From: Candidatus Omnitrophota bacterium
Lineage (GTDB): Bacteria > Omnitrophota > Gorgyraeia > Gygaellales > JAHJCI01
Direction: 5' to 3'
NCBI GenBank assembly: GCA_029932935.1
Contig: JAOZPD010000004.1
Span: 1-34,436, forward strand
DNA: 34,436 nucleotides
Below are positions 24,453 to 33,890 of the stretch, piece by piece. The notes beneath the pieces were generated by a model. That model was not told where the DNA came from. It was given only the letters and a program-made list of their open reading frames with translations, and made no database searches. A program made the position numbers and the translations under genes. Each line of letters begins with the position of its first letter. Within the stretch, counting starts at the first letter, position 1.

Positions 24453-25628
24453 CTATTTTTTACGATAGGGCATCCCCCATATCTCAATAAATCCCTTGGC
24501 TAATTTGTGGTCGAATTTATTATCTGTACCGTAAGTAGCCATCTCTCTTCTATATAGCGAATACGATGACTGTCGAGCAACAGCAATACAGTTCCCCTTA
24601 AATAGTTTAACCTTTATGCTTCCAGTAACCCTTTTCTGAGTCGACTCTACGAATTTATCCAGAGCATCTCTCAGATTAGTATACCAGAGGCCATCGTAAA
24701 TAAGCTCAGCGTATTTCAGACTAACAATCTCTTTAAAATGCTGCGTTAGGCGATCCAGGACCAAGGCCTCTAATTCTTTATGTGCGGTATAAAGTATTGT
24801 GGCTGCTGGTGCTTCATAAACCTCACGTGATTTTATACCTATTAATCTATTCTCCACTAAATCACTCCTGCCTACTCCATAAAAACCCCCTATATTATTC
24901 AATTCATTAATTAAATCGAGTATCTTATAAGGTTTCCCGTTAATTTTTTTGGGAATGCCTTTCTGAAAATAAATTTCCAGGTAACGCGCGAAACCAGGAT
25001 GCGCAGATGGATTCTTAGTAATCTGAAACGTGTTCTCGGGAGGCTCTATTGACAAATCCTCCAGTATTCCTGCCTCAATGCTGACCCCCCATAGATTTCT
25101 ATCAATACTATATGGATTTCTCTTAGTTACATCTACAGGAAGATTAAGCTTTTTAGCATAATCTATCTCTTCCTCCCGTGATTTAAACTCCCAAATTCTG
25201 GCCGGCGCGATAATCTCCAGGTCTGGGTCGAGTATCTTGATGGAAACCTCGAATCTAACTTGATCATTACCCTTACCGGTGCAGCCGTGAGCTACAAATC
25301 TCGCCTTTTCTCTACGAGCCAACTCAACCAGATATTTAGCAATCAATGGTCTTCCGAGAGCCGTGGCTAACAGGTATTTATCTTCATATACAGCATTTGC
25401 TTTTAAAGCGGGAAGAATGAAATCAAGCGCAAACTCTTGCCTTAGATCTTTAATATATACCTTGCACGCCCCCGCGGATAATGCCCTCTGTTTAATCACG
25501 CTCATATCTCCACCCTGACCGAGATCAGCCATAAAACAAATAACGCAGAAACCACTCTCTTTTAACCAGCGCACAGCACAGGTAGTATCTAATCCACCAG
25601 AATAAGCCAATATTATCTTCTTAGCCAT
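24453..25628 (-). CDS. argG: Argininosuccinate synthase
   Basis: 391 aa. It has AYSGGLDTT for ATP binding and the GCTGKGNDQVRFE motif. Confidence 0.97.
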   Translation of the reverse strand: MAKKIILAYSGGLDTTCAVRWLKESGFCVICFMADLGQGGDMSVIKQRALSAGACKVYIKDLRQEFALDFILPALKANAVYEDKYLLATALGRPLIAKYLVELARREKARFVAHGCTGKGNDQVRFEVSIKILDPDLEIIAPARIWEFKSREEEIDYAKKLNLPVDVTKRNPYSIDRNLWGVSIEAGILEDLSIEPPENTFQITKNPSAHPGFARYLEIYFQKGIPKKINGKPYKILDLINELNNIGGFYGVGRSDLVENRLIGIKSREVYEAPAATILYTAHKELEALVLDRLTQHFKEIVSLKYAELIYDGLWYTNLRDALDKFVESTQKRVTGSIKVKLFKGNCIAVARQSSYSLYRREMATYGTDNKFDHKLAKGFIEIWGMPYRKK

Positions 25629-25651
25629 AATAACCTTCCTTTAAGTGTTTA

Positions 25652-26569
25652 TTATCTTCTCAATAGCTGAATCAGTATAGCCTTCTGTACATGCAAACGA
25701 TTCTCCGCCTGATCAAAGACTATAGAATCTGAAGAATCAATGACATCATCGGTGATCTCCTCACCACGATGAGCTGGGAGACAATGCATTACCAGACATT
25801 TACCTTTTGCCAAGGAAAGTAATTTTTTATTTATTTGGAATCCTTTAAAATAATTTCTCCTGGCTCTTGTCTCACCCTCCTGCCCCATGGAGGTCCAGAC
25901 ATCAGTATAGACCACATCTGCAGCCTCAATCGCCCTTTTAGGCTCATTAAATAAATACACCTTTGAACCGCTATCTCTTGCAAAGGCTCTTGCCTGCCTT
26001 ACAATACTTTCCCGTGGAGAGTATCTTTCTGGTGTAGCTATTCTTATATTCATTCCCATCTTAGAGCAGGCATAAAGCAAAGAATGACACACATTATTGC
26101 CATCGCCAATAAAGGCGAGCGTAACCCTCTTGAGGTTAACAAATTTTTCTTTTATTGTATAGATATCGGCAAGGGCTTGACAGGGATGAAGCAAATCCGT
26201 CAAGGCATTAATTACAGGAATGCTTGCGTACTCAGCCATCTGTAGGATATTCTTATGAGCAAATGTGCGCAGAACAATACCATCAACATAACGACTGAGC
26301 GTTCGGGCAATGTCGCCTATTGATTCCCTCTGACCCAATTTTATCTGGTCTGGACCCAGATATAAACTACTACCTCCCAGTTGATACATTCCTACCTCAA
26401 AAGAAACCCGCGTACGACAAGAAGGTTTCTGAAAGATCAAAGCCAGTACTTTTCTTTTTAAGGTATAAGCAAATTTGCTGGGTGTGTTCTTTATTTTGGC
26501 GGTAAGATTAAAAATATCAATGAGTTCCCTTCTACTTAAAGATTGTATTGAAATTAAATCTTTTTTCAT
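25652..26569 (-). CDS. argF: Ornithine carbamoyltransferase
   Basis: 305 aa. It has SCRTRVSFE, HPCQ, DVWTSMG and HCLPAHRGEE motifs. Confidence 0.93.
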   Translation of the reverse strand: MKKDLISIQSLSRRELIDIFNLTAKIKNTPSKFAYTLKRKVLALIFQKPSCRTRVSFEVGMYQLGGSSLYLGPDQIKLGQRESIGDIARTLSRYVDGIVLRTFAHKNILQMAEYASIPVINALTDLLHPCQALADIYTIKEKFVNLKRVTLAFIGDGNNVCHSLLYACSKMGMNIRIATPERYSPRESIVRQARAFARDSGSKVYLFNEPKRAIEAADVVYTDVWTSMGQEGETRARRNYFKGFQINKKLLSLAKGKCLVMHCLPAHRGEEITDDVIDSSDSIVFDQAENRLHVQKAILIQLLRR

Positions 26570-27747
26570 ATAAATAACCCCAATACCTCATCAAGTATAG
26601 CGATAGCCTGATCAACCTGCTTCTTATTAACATTTAGAGCGGGCATAACACGCAAGACTCTCTCATGTGTACAATTAATCAACAAGCCCCTCTTAACACA
26701 CTCCTCTACCACCTCTCTTGCCTTAGCCTTAAGCTCAATTCCAATCATTAAGCCTTTACCCCTTATATCATCGATTATCTGGTATTTATCCCTCAGAGAA
26801 TTCAACTGAGCAAGGAGATACTCGCCTAAATTTTTAGCATTAACCAGCAATTTATCCCTCTGAATCGTCCTTAGCACGGCTAAGGCTGCCTTACAGACTA
26901 CACAACCACCTCCAAAGGTAGATGCATGGCTGCCCTGGCCTAATACATTAGCAAGCTCCCTTCTAACCAACATCGCTCCGATAGGTAAACCACCTCCCAG
27001 GCTCTTAGCCAAGGTCACCACATCAGGAATTATTCCATAATGTTGGTAAGCCAGGAATTTTCCTGTTCGCCCGATGCCTGTCTGGACCTCGTCAATAATT
27101 AATAATAATCTCCTCTCATCGCAGAATCTACGCAATCCTGAGATGAACTCGCTATCAGCAACATTTATACCTCCTTCTCCTTGAATTAATTCTATCATTA
27201 TCGCTACCGTCCTATCAGTGGTAGCGCGTCTGACTGCCTCTAAATCATTAAAGGGGACCGATAAAAAACCTTTTGGAAGCGGCTGGAACCCGTCTTTATA
27301 TTTGTCTTGTCCGGTTGCCGCTAAGGCCGCCAGGGTTCTACCATGAAATGAATTAAGAAAAGTGATAATCTCAAAGCGTCCCTTTCCAAATTTACGAGCA
27401 AGCTTAATCGCTGCCTCGTTCGCCTCAGCTCCTGAATTACAGAAAAAAATCTTTGCTGAAAAGCCACTCAAACGGCTAAGTTCCTCTGCCAATCTCGCCT
27501 GCGGAATATGATAATAATTATTAGGCACAAAGATGAGTTTTGAAACCTGATCACGCACTGCACTCATTATCTTTGGATGGCAATGGCCCAGATTCCCCAC
27601 TCCCCAGCCGGGAAAGAAATCAAGATACCTGCGATTGTGGATATCCCAGAGATAGCTGCCCTTGCCCTTAACAAAAACCAACGGCATTTTAATATAAGTA
27701 GATATTATACAATCATTATAGATTTTGAATATATCTTGTTGCTTCAT
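26566..27747 (-). CDS. argD: Acetylornithine aminotransferase
   Basis: 393 aa. Class III aminotransferase features (CNSGAEANEAAIKLAR, DEVQTGIGRTG, TLAKSLGGG) within the arg operon context. Confidence 0.92.
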   Translation of the reverse strand: MKQQDIFKIYNDCIISTYIKMPLVFVKGKGSYLWDIHNRRYLDFFPGWGVGNLGHCHPKIMSAVRDQVSKLIFVPNNYYHIPQARLAEELSRLSGFSAKIFFCNSGAEANEAAIKLARKFGKGRFEIITFLNSFHGRTLAALAATGQDKYKDGFQPLPKGFLSVPFNDLEAVRRATTDRTVAIMIELIQGEGGINVADSEFISGLRRFCDERRLLLIIDEVQTGIGRTGKFLAYQHYGIIPDVVTLAKSLGGGLPIGAMLVRRELANVLGQGSHASTFGGGCVVCKAALAVLRTIQRDKLLVNAKNLGEYLLAQLNSLRDKYQIIDDIRGKGLMIGIELKAKAREVVEECVKRGLLINCTHERVLRVMPALNVNKKQVDQAIAILDEVLGLFI

Positions 27748-28598
27748 TTTATTATTTCCGTGCCGATACCGCTATCAGTGAATATCTCGAGCAATAATGC
27801 ATGCGGAATGCGCGCATCGATGATATGTGCCTTGGTAACACCTTTGTTTATCGCCCTGACACAAGCCTCAACCTTGGGAATCATCCCCTCTTGTATAACT
27901 CTATCCTTAATTAAATTCCTGGCCTCGCGCGCAGTTATGGAAGATAGGAATGAATGCGGGTCATCAGGATTCCTCATTATACCTCTAACATTGGTCAGGA
28001 AAACAAATTTCTCTACCTTTAACATCGCCGAAATCCATGATGCAGCCTCATCAGCATTAATATTATACACCTTCCTGTCCTGGCCTAAACCCACAGGAGA
28101 AATAACCAAAATGTGATATTTCTTTAATTTATTCAATAATAATTGGGTATTTATGTTTACAATCTCACCTACAAATCCCAACCCAAGCCTGGCATCCCTT
28201 CTCTTCACCTGAATAAGCCGATTATCCTTACCACTGAGGCCATCCGCCCTACCGCCTAACTCGGTAATCTCTTCTGTAATCAATGTATTTAACTTTTTTA
28301 ACTCCTCCTGCACCAGCCTCAAGGTTTCTCTATCGGTAACCCGCATGCCTCCTATAAAAGCGGCTTTCTTACCTTCCGCGCGCATACGTTGATTAATATT
28401 TAATCCCCCACCGTGAACCAAGATTATTCTCATGCCGATAAGGCTCAGAAAAATAATATCCTCCAGAACATTACGGCGTATTCTGTCCTCGTTAAGAATA
28501 CTACCCCCATATTTAATCACCGCAGTCTTTCTGTGGAATCGTTTAATATAAGGTAATGCCTCTATCAGAATATCTGCTTTCCTAATAGCCTCTTCCAT
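27744..28598 (-). CDS. argB: Acetylglutamate kinase
   Basis: 284 aa. It has VIKYGGS, LVHGGG and NINADEAA motifs. Confidence 0.95.
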   Translation of the reverse strand: MEEAIRKADILIEALPYIKRFHRKTAVIKYGGSILNEDRIRRNVLEDIIFLSLIGMRIILVHGGGLNINQRMRAEGKKAAFIGGMRVTDRETLRLVQEELKKLNTLITEEITELGGRADGLSGKDNRLIQVKRRDARLGLGFVGEIVNINTQLLLNKLKKYHILVISPVGLGQDRKVYNINADEAASWISAMLKVEKFVFLTNVRGIMRNPDDPHSFLSSITAREARNLIKDRVIQEGMIPKVEACVRAINKGVTKAHIIDARIPHALLLEIFTDSGIGTEIIK

Positions 28599-28666
28599 AT
28601 TCTTACCTTTGCTACTGCTGTGTTATATGAGAAATACCGGTAAAATTTACTAAGTTACCATTCTTC

Positions 28667-29809
28667 CTAACTATAACCAGCATTTATCTTGACATATTCA
28701 GGAGTAAGATCGGAAGTATAAATAGTTGCTTGAGCAGCCCCTTTTCTAAGATTAACTTCCAAGCTAACCCTCTTCTTTCTCAACGAACTCATTCTTATTC
28801 TTATATCACTCTCCTTCACGCTTACTCCACTTGAACCAATAGCAGCTATGACCCTGCCCCAATTCCTACTGCCTCCATATACAGCTGTCTTAAATAAATT
28901 AGAATTAGCTATACTAAGCGCAATTCGTCTCGCCTCGTAATACGTCCTGGCTTCTTTTATTTTAATCTGAATAAATTTACTCGCCCCTTCGGCGTCTTCC
29001 ACAATCATCTTGGCCAGACCTAAACATATATAATTTAATCCAGAAAGAAACTTATCAAAATCTGCCCCTTTTTCTTTGATTATGGAATTCCCGGCACAGG
29101 CATTGCTCAGAACCAATAATGTATCATTCGTACTCATGCAACCATCTACAGTAATACAATTAAAAGAATTATCCACTACTTTTCTTAAGGCCTTGTCTAA
29201 AAGTCTCTGTGATATATTAGCATCACTTAAAATAAAGCATAGCATTGTTGCCTTATTATAATCTAAATCCGGTGCAATCATACCGGCTCCCTTAGCTAGA
29301 CCACAGATTGTCACTCTTCTGTTACCTATATTTTTTCTGATAGAGAGTATCTTAATAAATGTATCTGTGGTCATAATAGCCTCTGCAGTACGAAATAAGC
29401 CATCTCTGCTCAACCCTTTTACCAGACGGGGGACAGCCCTGGTTATACGTCTAATCGGTAGAGGCTTACCAATAATCCCGGTTGAGGCTAAAAGAACCTC
29501 CTGCTGCTCTATTCTAAGAAAACGAGCTACCTCATCGGCAACACGACTGGCCCTGCCAAATGAATCTTCTTTAGTAAAACAATTGGCATTACCGCTATTG
29601 ATAAGTATGGCATGGAAACTTTTTGATTTATAGAGATTATCCTGACAAAATCTAACTGAACCGGATGTAATTTTATTAGCGGTGAACATCCCTGCAGCAA
29701 CTGCTGGCTTTTCAGAGAAGATTAAACCAAGGTCTAATCTGCCTGATTGTTTAATGCCACAGGCTAAACCATTTGCTTTATAACCTAAGGGAAGCATCGC
29801 TCTAGCCAT
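28667..29809 (-). CDS. argJ: Bifunctional ornithine acetyltransferase / N-acetylglutamate synthase
   Basis: 380 aa. It has GIKQSGRLDLGLI, FTANK and the autoprocessing site KATMLCF. Confidence 0.93.
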   Translation of the reverse strand: MARAMLPLGYKANGLACGIKQSGRLDLGLIFSEKPAVAAGMFTANKITSGSVRFCQDNLYKSKSFHAILINSGNANCFTKEDSFGRASRVADEVARFLRIEQQEVLLASTGIIGKPLPIRRITRAVPRLVKGLSRDGLFRTAEAIMTTDTFIKILSIRKNIGNRRVTICGLAKGAGMIAPDLDYNKATMLCFILSDANISQRLLDKALRKVVDNSFNCITVDGCMSTNDTLLVLSNACAGNSIIKEKGADFDKFLSGLNYICLGLAKMIVEDAEGASKFIQIKIKEARTYYEARRIALSIANSNLFKTAVYGGSRNWGRVIAAIGSSGVSVKESDIRIRMSSLRKKRVSLEVNLRKGAAQATIYTSDLTPEYVKINAGYS

Positions 29810-29840
29810 CTATTTATATATAAACATCCGATTATAAATA

Positions 29841-30896
29841 TTAGACCAATGCTGTCTGCTCGTAGAAGTCATACATGATATTCATATTCTGAACCGCCTG
29901 ACCTGCAGCCCCTTTAATAAGATTGTCTATTGCAGTAATTATAATTAATAAATCTTTCTCTGGAAAACACCTTATTGTTATATCGCAAAAGTTAGTTCCT
30001 ACTACGTCCCTCAACCTGATACCTCCATCCCCTTCTCTTATTCTTACAAATGGCTCCTTCTTATAGAAATTCTTATATAACTTCAGCAAGTCCTTCTCTT
30101 TGTTTCCTTTCCGCTTCTGATTATTGCGCACAGAGGACTGGTTAAGTTTAACGTAAATAGTCTCTAATATTCCCCGATTAACTGATAACAGGTGGGGGAC
30201 AAACGTAAATTTTATATTCTTACCTCCTAATTTAGATAACTCCTGTTTAATCTCGGGCATATGCTGGTGAATATTTATCTTATAAGCATACATATCCTCG
30301 TTGAGTTCAGAAAAGGAATACTCCAGAAGTGCACGCCTGCCTGCTCCGGTCACACCTGTCTTCGCGTCGATAATAATATCTTCTTGACCGCTTAATACAT
30401 CACAGGCAATTAAGGGAGCCAAACCTAAAACAGCAGCGGTAGGATAACAACCAGGATTAGCTACCAATCTGGCTTGTTTTATCTTAGAGCGATAAATCTC
30501 CGGCAATCCATATACAGCCTGCTTTAGATTATGTACATCTCTATGTCTATTCTTGTAGAACCTCTCATAAATCTTTTTATCTTTTAAGCGATAGTCTGCA
30601 CTCAGATCAATTACTCTTCTATTTGCCTTAAGAAATCTTGGAACCCAGTCCATCGATACTGTATGAGGCAATGCTAAGAATAAGACATCGCAGGTAGATA
30701 CTGCTAAATCTGTCTCGGGGAGTCTACAGGTAACATTAAGCCTGTTTCTAAATTTAGGAAAGATATCGGAAATGGGTGTGGGTTTTTCTATCTTAGCAGA
30801 TAAATAAGTAATTCGCACTTGAGGATGTCTCAGTAAAATACTGATTAACTCCTCTCCTGTATATCCTGTTGCTCCTATTATTCCAACATTTACCAT
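29841..30896 (-). CDS. argC: N-acetyl-gamma-glutamyl-phosphate reductase
   Basis: 351 aa. It has IIGATGYTGEEL and the catalytic Cys context NPGCYPTA. AAGGAG SD lies upstream. Confidence 0.95.
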   Translation of the reverse strand: MVNVGIIGATGYTGEELISILLRHPQVRITYLSAKIEKPTPISDIFPKFRNRLNVTCRLPETDLAVSTCDVLFLALPHTVSMDWVPRFLKANRRVIDLSADYRLKDKKIYERFYKNRHRDVHNLKQAVYGLPEIYRSKIKQARLVANPGCYPTAAVLGLAPLIACDVLSGQEDIIIDAKTGVTGAGRRALLEYSFSELNEDMYAYKINIHQHMPEIKQELSKLGGKNIKFTFVPHLLSVNRGILETIYVKLNQSSVRNNQKRKGNKEKDLLKLYKNFYKKEPFVRIREGDGGIRLRDVVGTNFCDITIRCFPEKDLLIIITAIDNLIKGAAGQAVQNMNIMYDFYEQTALV

Positions 30897-30943
30897 CTTA
30901 TTCTGTCTCCTTAAAAAATAAAAAACCCCTTCGAGATATTTTT

Positions 30944-30971
30944 ATAATACCATAATCCCTATCGGGGTCAA
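30944..30971 (-). promoter_or_regulatory. Candidate sigma70 promoter for the arg operon
   Basis: Minus strand: TTGACC (30971..30966), 16-nt spacer ending in TGg, TATTAT (30949..30944). It is followed by GGGGUUUUUUAUUUUUU and the argC SD. The same region could also hold a weak rpsI terminator. Confidence 0.4.
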
Positions 30972-31003
30972 TATTTTTTTCGTCGATATATCCCAGTTAT
31001 ATG

Positions 31004-31414
31004 TTATCTCTTAGTCCACTGAAAACGCTTACGCGCCCCCTTCTGTCCGTATTTCTTACGCTCTTTCATTCGAGGATCCCGAGTAAGGAACCCATTCTTT
31101 CTCAATATCTTTTTTATATCCTCGTCAATGGAGCTCAGAGCACGCGCGATAGCCAAACGCAAAGCCCCAGCCTGACCGCTATACCCACCACCTTTGATAT
31201 TAGCGATTATATTATATTTGTTAAGACAATTAGTAACGGTCAATGGCTGCTTGACGATAATTCTATCTGTCTCACGCAGGAAATAATCTTCCAATCTCCG
31301 CTTATTAACCAGTATTGCCCCCTCGCCGGGGATAAGCTGAACCGAGGCAACCGCTTCTTTACGCCTGCCTGTCGCTCTGTATCTGACTAAATTATTTGTG
31401 TTATTCATAGCCAT
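31004..31414 (-). CDS. rpsI: 30S ribosomal protein S9
   Basis: 136 aa. It has ATGRRKEAVASV.., GGGYSGQAGALRLAIARAL and a ..RKRFQWTKR C-terminus. TAATG overlap with rplM. Confidence 0.97.
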   Translation of the reverse strand: MAMNNTNNLVRYRATGRRKEAVASVQLIPGEGAILVNKRRLEDYFLRETDRIIVKQPLTVTNCLNKYNIIANIKGGGYSGQAGALRLAIARALSSIDEDIKKILRKNGFLTRDPRMKERKKYGQKGARKRFQWTKR

Positions 31415-31845
31415 TACAATTTAATAACTCTGGGGTTCTGGCTGCTATGAGGATGATGCTCGTTAGAATAAACCCGCAATTTTCTAAAGATTCTTCTGCC
31501 CAAAGGACCTTTGGGTAACATACGCTTGACTGCCAACCTAAATACAATCTCGGGTTTCTGGCTCAGCAAATCTGATAGAGGCACTTCCTTAAGCCCTCCG
31601 GGGTAACCAGAATAACGTTGATATAATTTTTGTTTTAATTTTCTTCCTGTAACCCTGATCTTAGAAGCATTGATTACAATTACACCATCTCCGGTATCTA
31701 TGTGTGGACAAAATTCTGGCTTATGCTTTCCTCTGAGTATGATTGCGACCCGTGCTGCCAATCTACCCAAGGTCTTATCCTTGGCATCAACTAGATACCA
31801 GGTCTTTTTAAGCTCTTTCTCTCTTGGTATATATGTCTTGTGCAT
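31414..31845 (-). CDS. rplM: 50S ribosomal protein L13
   Basis: 143 aa. It has WYLVDAKDKTLGRLA.. and ..RMLPKGPLGR motifs. Confidence 0.97.
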   Translation of the reverse strand: MHKTYIPREKELKKTWYLVDAKDKTLGRLAARVAIILRGKHKPEFCPHIDTGDGVIVINASKIRVTGRKLKQKLYQRYSGYPGGLKEVPLSDLLSQKPEIVFRLAVKRMLPKGPLGRRIFRKLRVYSNEHHPHSSQNPRVIKL

Positions 31846-31853
31846 AGTGCATT

Positions 31854-31862
31854 ATTATAACA
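31854..31862 (-). promoter_or_regulatory. Extended -10 promoter element abutting the rplM start (predicts a leaderless or near-leaderless mRNA)
   Basis: The minus strand reads TGtTATAAT (31862..31854). Only 8 nt separate it from the ATG at 31845, and there is no SD. The geometry is the same as at uvrA. Confidence 0.45.
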
Positions 31863-31888
31863 CAAATTTCTAAAAAATAAATATTTTA

Positions 31889-31916
31889 TTGACTTTTATA
31901 TTTTTATCTATATAAT
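31889..31916 (+). promoter_or_regulatory. Sigma70 promoter for rpmB
   Basis: Plus strand: TTGACT (31889..31894), 16 nt, TATAAT (31911..31916), about 58 nt upstream of the rpmB ATG. Confidence 0.6.
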
Positions 31917-31974
31917 ACCTTCAAAAATAGCACTTCATTTTTAAATAATTTTTATTTTAACAATAATAAAAACT

Positions 31975-32205
31975 ATGCTTAGAAAATGCGCCATTTGTAA
32001 CAAATCAGCACTCTCTGGGCACAGATTATCCCGTCGAGGACTTGCCAAAAAGAAGGGTGGGACAGGAAAGAAAACAACACGAGTAGCCAAGCGTAAATTC
32101 CTGCCCAATCTGCATAAAATAAAAGCTAATATAGCCGGCCGCCCTAGAAGCATCTATATCTGTACTAAATGCCTCAAGAGCGGAAAGGTACAGAAAATTA
32201 TTTAA
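31975..32205 (+). CDS. rpmB: 50S ribosomal protein L28 (Cys-containing zinc-ribbon form)
   Basis: 76 aa. It has MLRKCAICNK.., KRKFLPNLH and CTKCLKSGKV. This is the only plus-strand gene, and its 3' end overlaps recJ by 8 nt. Confidence 0.9.
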   Translation: MLRKCAICNKSALSGHRLSRRGLAKKKGGTGKKTTRVAKRKFLPNLHKIKANIAGRPRSIYICTKCLKSGKVQKII

Positions 32206-33886
32206 GAATTATTTCCTTGGCCTCTAGGATAATATCCTGCCTATCCTGCCAGTTGTCCAACTCTGGATAAAAAGCTAAATCTAACGAATCCGCCTCTATC
32301 AATCTTTGTTTCAAGGAAGCCAAACCAAAGCCGATTACAGGATAGGTAAATCTTGAATCAGTAACCCAAAATTTTAGTGTATCCCTGCTTAACACTTGTG
32401 GTTCGCTCCGCAGCGTAAGATTTCGAATATAAAAAACCGGCTCAGGGTTAGCCGGGCCAAATGGTTCTAAATTTCTCAATTCACAAATTAAGTCCTTGCT
32501 TATATCGGACAAAGATATCTCCATATCCACCTCAACATAAGGCAGCAGCGATTCCGTAAGAATCACCTGTTGAGCAAAATGATTAATATCACGCCGGAAA
32601 TCATCTATATTATCCTTAGAAATAATCAGACCAGCAGCATATTTATGTCCTCCAAAATTTTCAAGATACTTTTGGCAATACACAAGGGCATCAAAGATTG
32701 AAAAATCTTTTATAGAGCGGGCTGAGCCTCGACAATAAGTGTATTCATTTTCAGAGATTAACACTGTGGGGCGATAAAATTTCTCTGTAAGACGAGAGGC
32801 TACTATACCTAAAACTCCCGGGTGCCAATCCCGACCAGATATAACAATCACGCGATGCTCTTTAAAATTGACCTCTTTATCAATTATACTCTTAGCCTCT
32901 CTAAATACAGCCTCTTCAATCTTCTGTCGATTACGATTATGGGAATTTAGGGCCTTTGCCAAATCCTGGGCTTCACTGACAGAGCGAGAAAGCAATAATC
33001 TCAGAGCAATCTCAGCGGTATCCATGCGTCCACTGGCATTAAGACGCGGCCCTAAAATATAACTCACCACAGATGCTCCCAGGGTCTTATTCTTATTTAT
33101 ACCGGACAATTCCATCAGAGCCTGGATTCCTAATCGGCAGGAATAAGACAATCTCTTCAATCCTTCCCGAACAATAATTCTATTCTCACCATTCAAGGCT
33201 ACACTGTCAGCAATGGTGCCAAGGGTTACCAAATCCAAGTCCTCCCACATAACGTCATCGGTTAGAGCCTGAATAAACTTATATACCACCCCCACACCGG
33301 ATAAATCTTTAAATGGATAAGAACAATCATGACGCTTTGGATTGATTATGGCATTAGCGGGTGGTAAACCCTCTTGCGGCTCATGATGGTCGGTCACGAT
33401 TACGTCTATATTCATACGGCGAAGACTATCTATTATAGATAAACTATTGATCCCGCAGTCTACAGTAACTATCAATTTAATATCGTTATCCTTCGCCACA
33501 TTTATGACATTGTCATTCAATCCGTAACCTTCCTTTATCCGGTGGGGTATATAATGTACAGTCTCTATTCCCATCCGTCTAAGATGTGTTTCCAGTAGAG
33601 CTACCGAGGTTACCCCATCAACATCGTAATCTCCAAAGATTAGAATCTTTTCTCTTTGTCTCTTGGCTTTGGCAATTCGTTGAACTGCAACCTCCATATC
33701 TCTCAATTGCCAAGAGGGAAGTAAATTAGTAAGGTTGGGCTTCAGAAATACCTCGGCCTCCCGAACAGAACCTATACCACGATTAATCAAGATCTGCGCT
33801 AAGATCTTGGAAATACCCAACTCTCTACTCAATTCATTCTGTAATTGTGCATTTAGCTGAATAATATTTTTTATAATCCTCTGCAT
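32198..33886 (-). CDS. recJ: Single-stranded-DNA-specific exonuclease RecJ
   Basis: 562 aa. DHH family motifs: GDYDVDGVTS, TVDCG, VTDHH, and the DHHA1 GGHKYAAG. Confidence 0.95.
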   Translation of the reverse strand: MQRIIKNIIQLNAQLQNELSRELGISKILAQILINRGIGSVREAEVFLKPNLTNLLPSWQLRDMEVAVQRIAKAKRQREKILIFGDYDVDGVTSVALLETHLRRMGIETVHYIPHRIKEGYGLNDNVINVAKDNDIKLIVTVDCGINSLSIIDSLRRMNIDVIVTDHHEPQEGLPPANAIINPKRHDCSYPFKDLSGVGVVYKFIQALTDDVMWEDLDLVTLGTIADSVALNGENRIIVREGLKRLSYSCRLGIQALMELSGINKNKTLGASVVSYILGPRLNASGRMDTAEIALRLLLSRSVSEAQDLAKALNSHNRNRQKIEEAVFREAKSIIDKEVNFKEHRVIVISGRDWHPGVLGIVASRLTEKFYRPTVLISENEYTYCRGSARSIKDFSIFDALVYCQKYLENFGGHKYAAGLIISKDNIDDFRRDINHFAQQVILTESLLPYVEVDMEISLSDISKDLICELRNLEPFGPANPEPVFYIRNLTLRSEPQVLSRDTLKFWVTDSRFTYPVIGFGLASLKQRLIEADSLDLAFYPELDNWQDRQDIILEAKEIILK

Positions 33887-33890
33887 AATG

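Noticed and set aside
30897-31003. An ARG box (ArgR operator) upstream of argC.
   Set aside because: Only a weak AT-rich resemblance (TATGGTATTATAAAAATATC) to the TGAAT-N4-ATTCA palindrome, which is not convincing. No argR gene is in the window.
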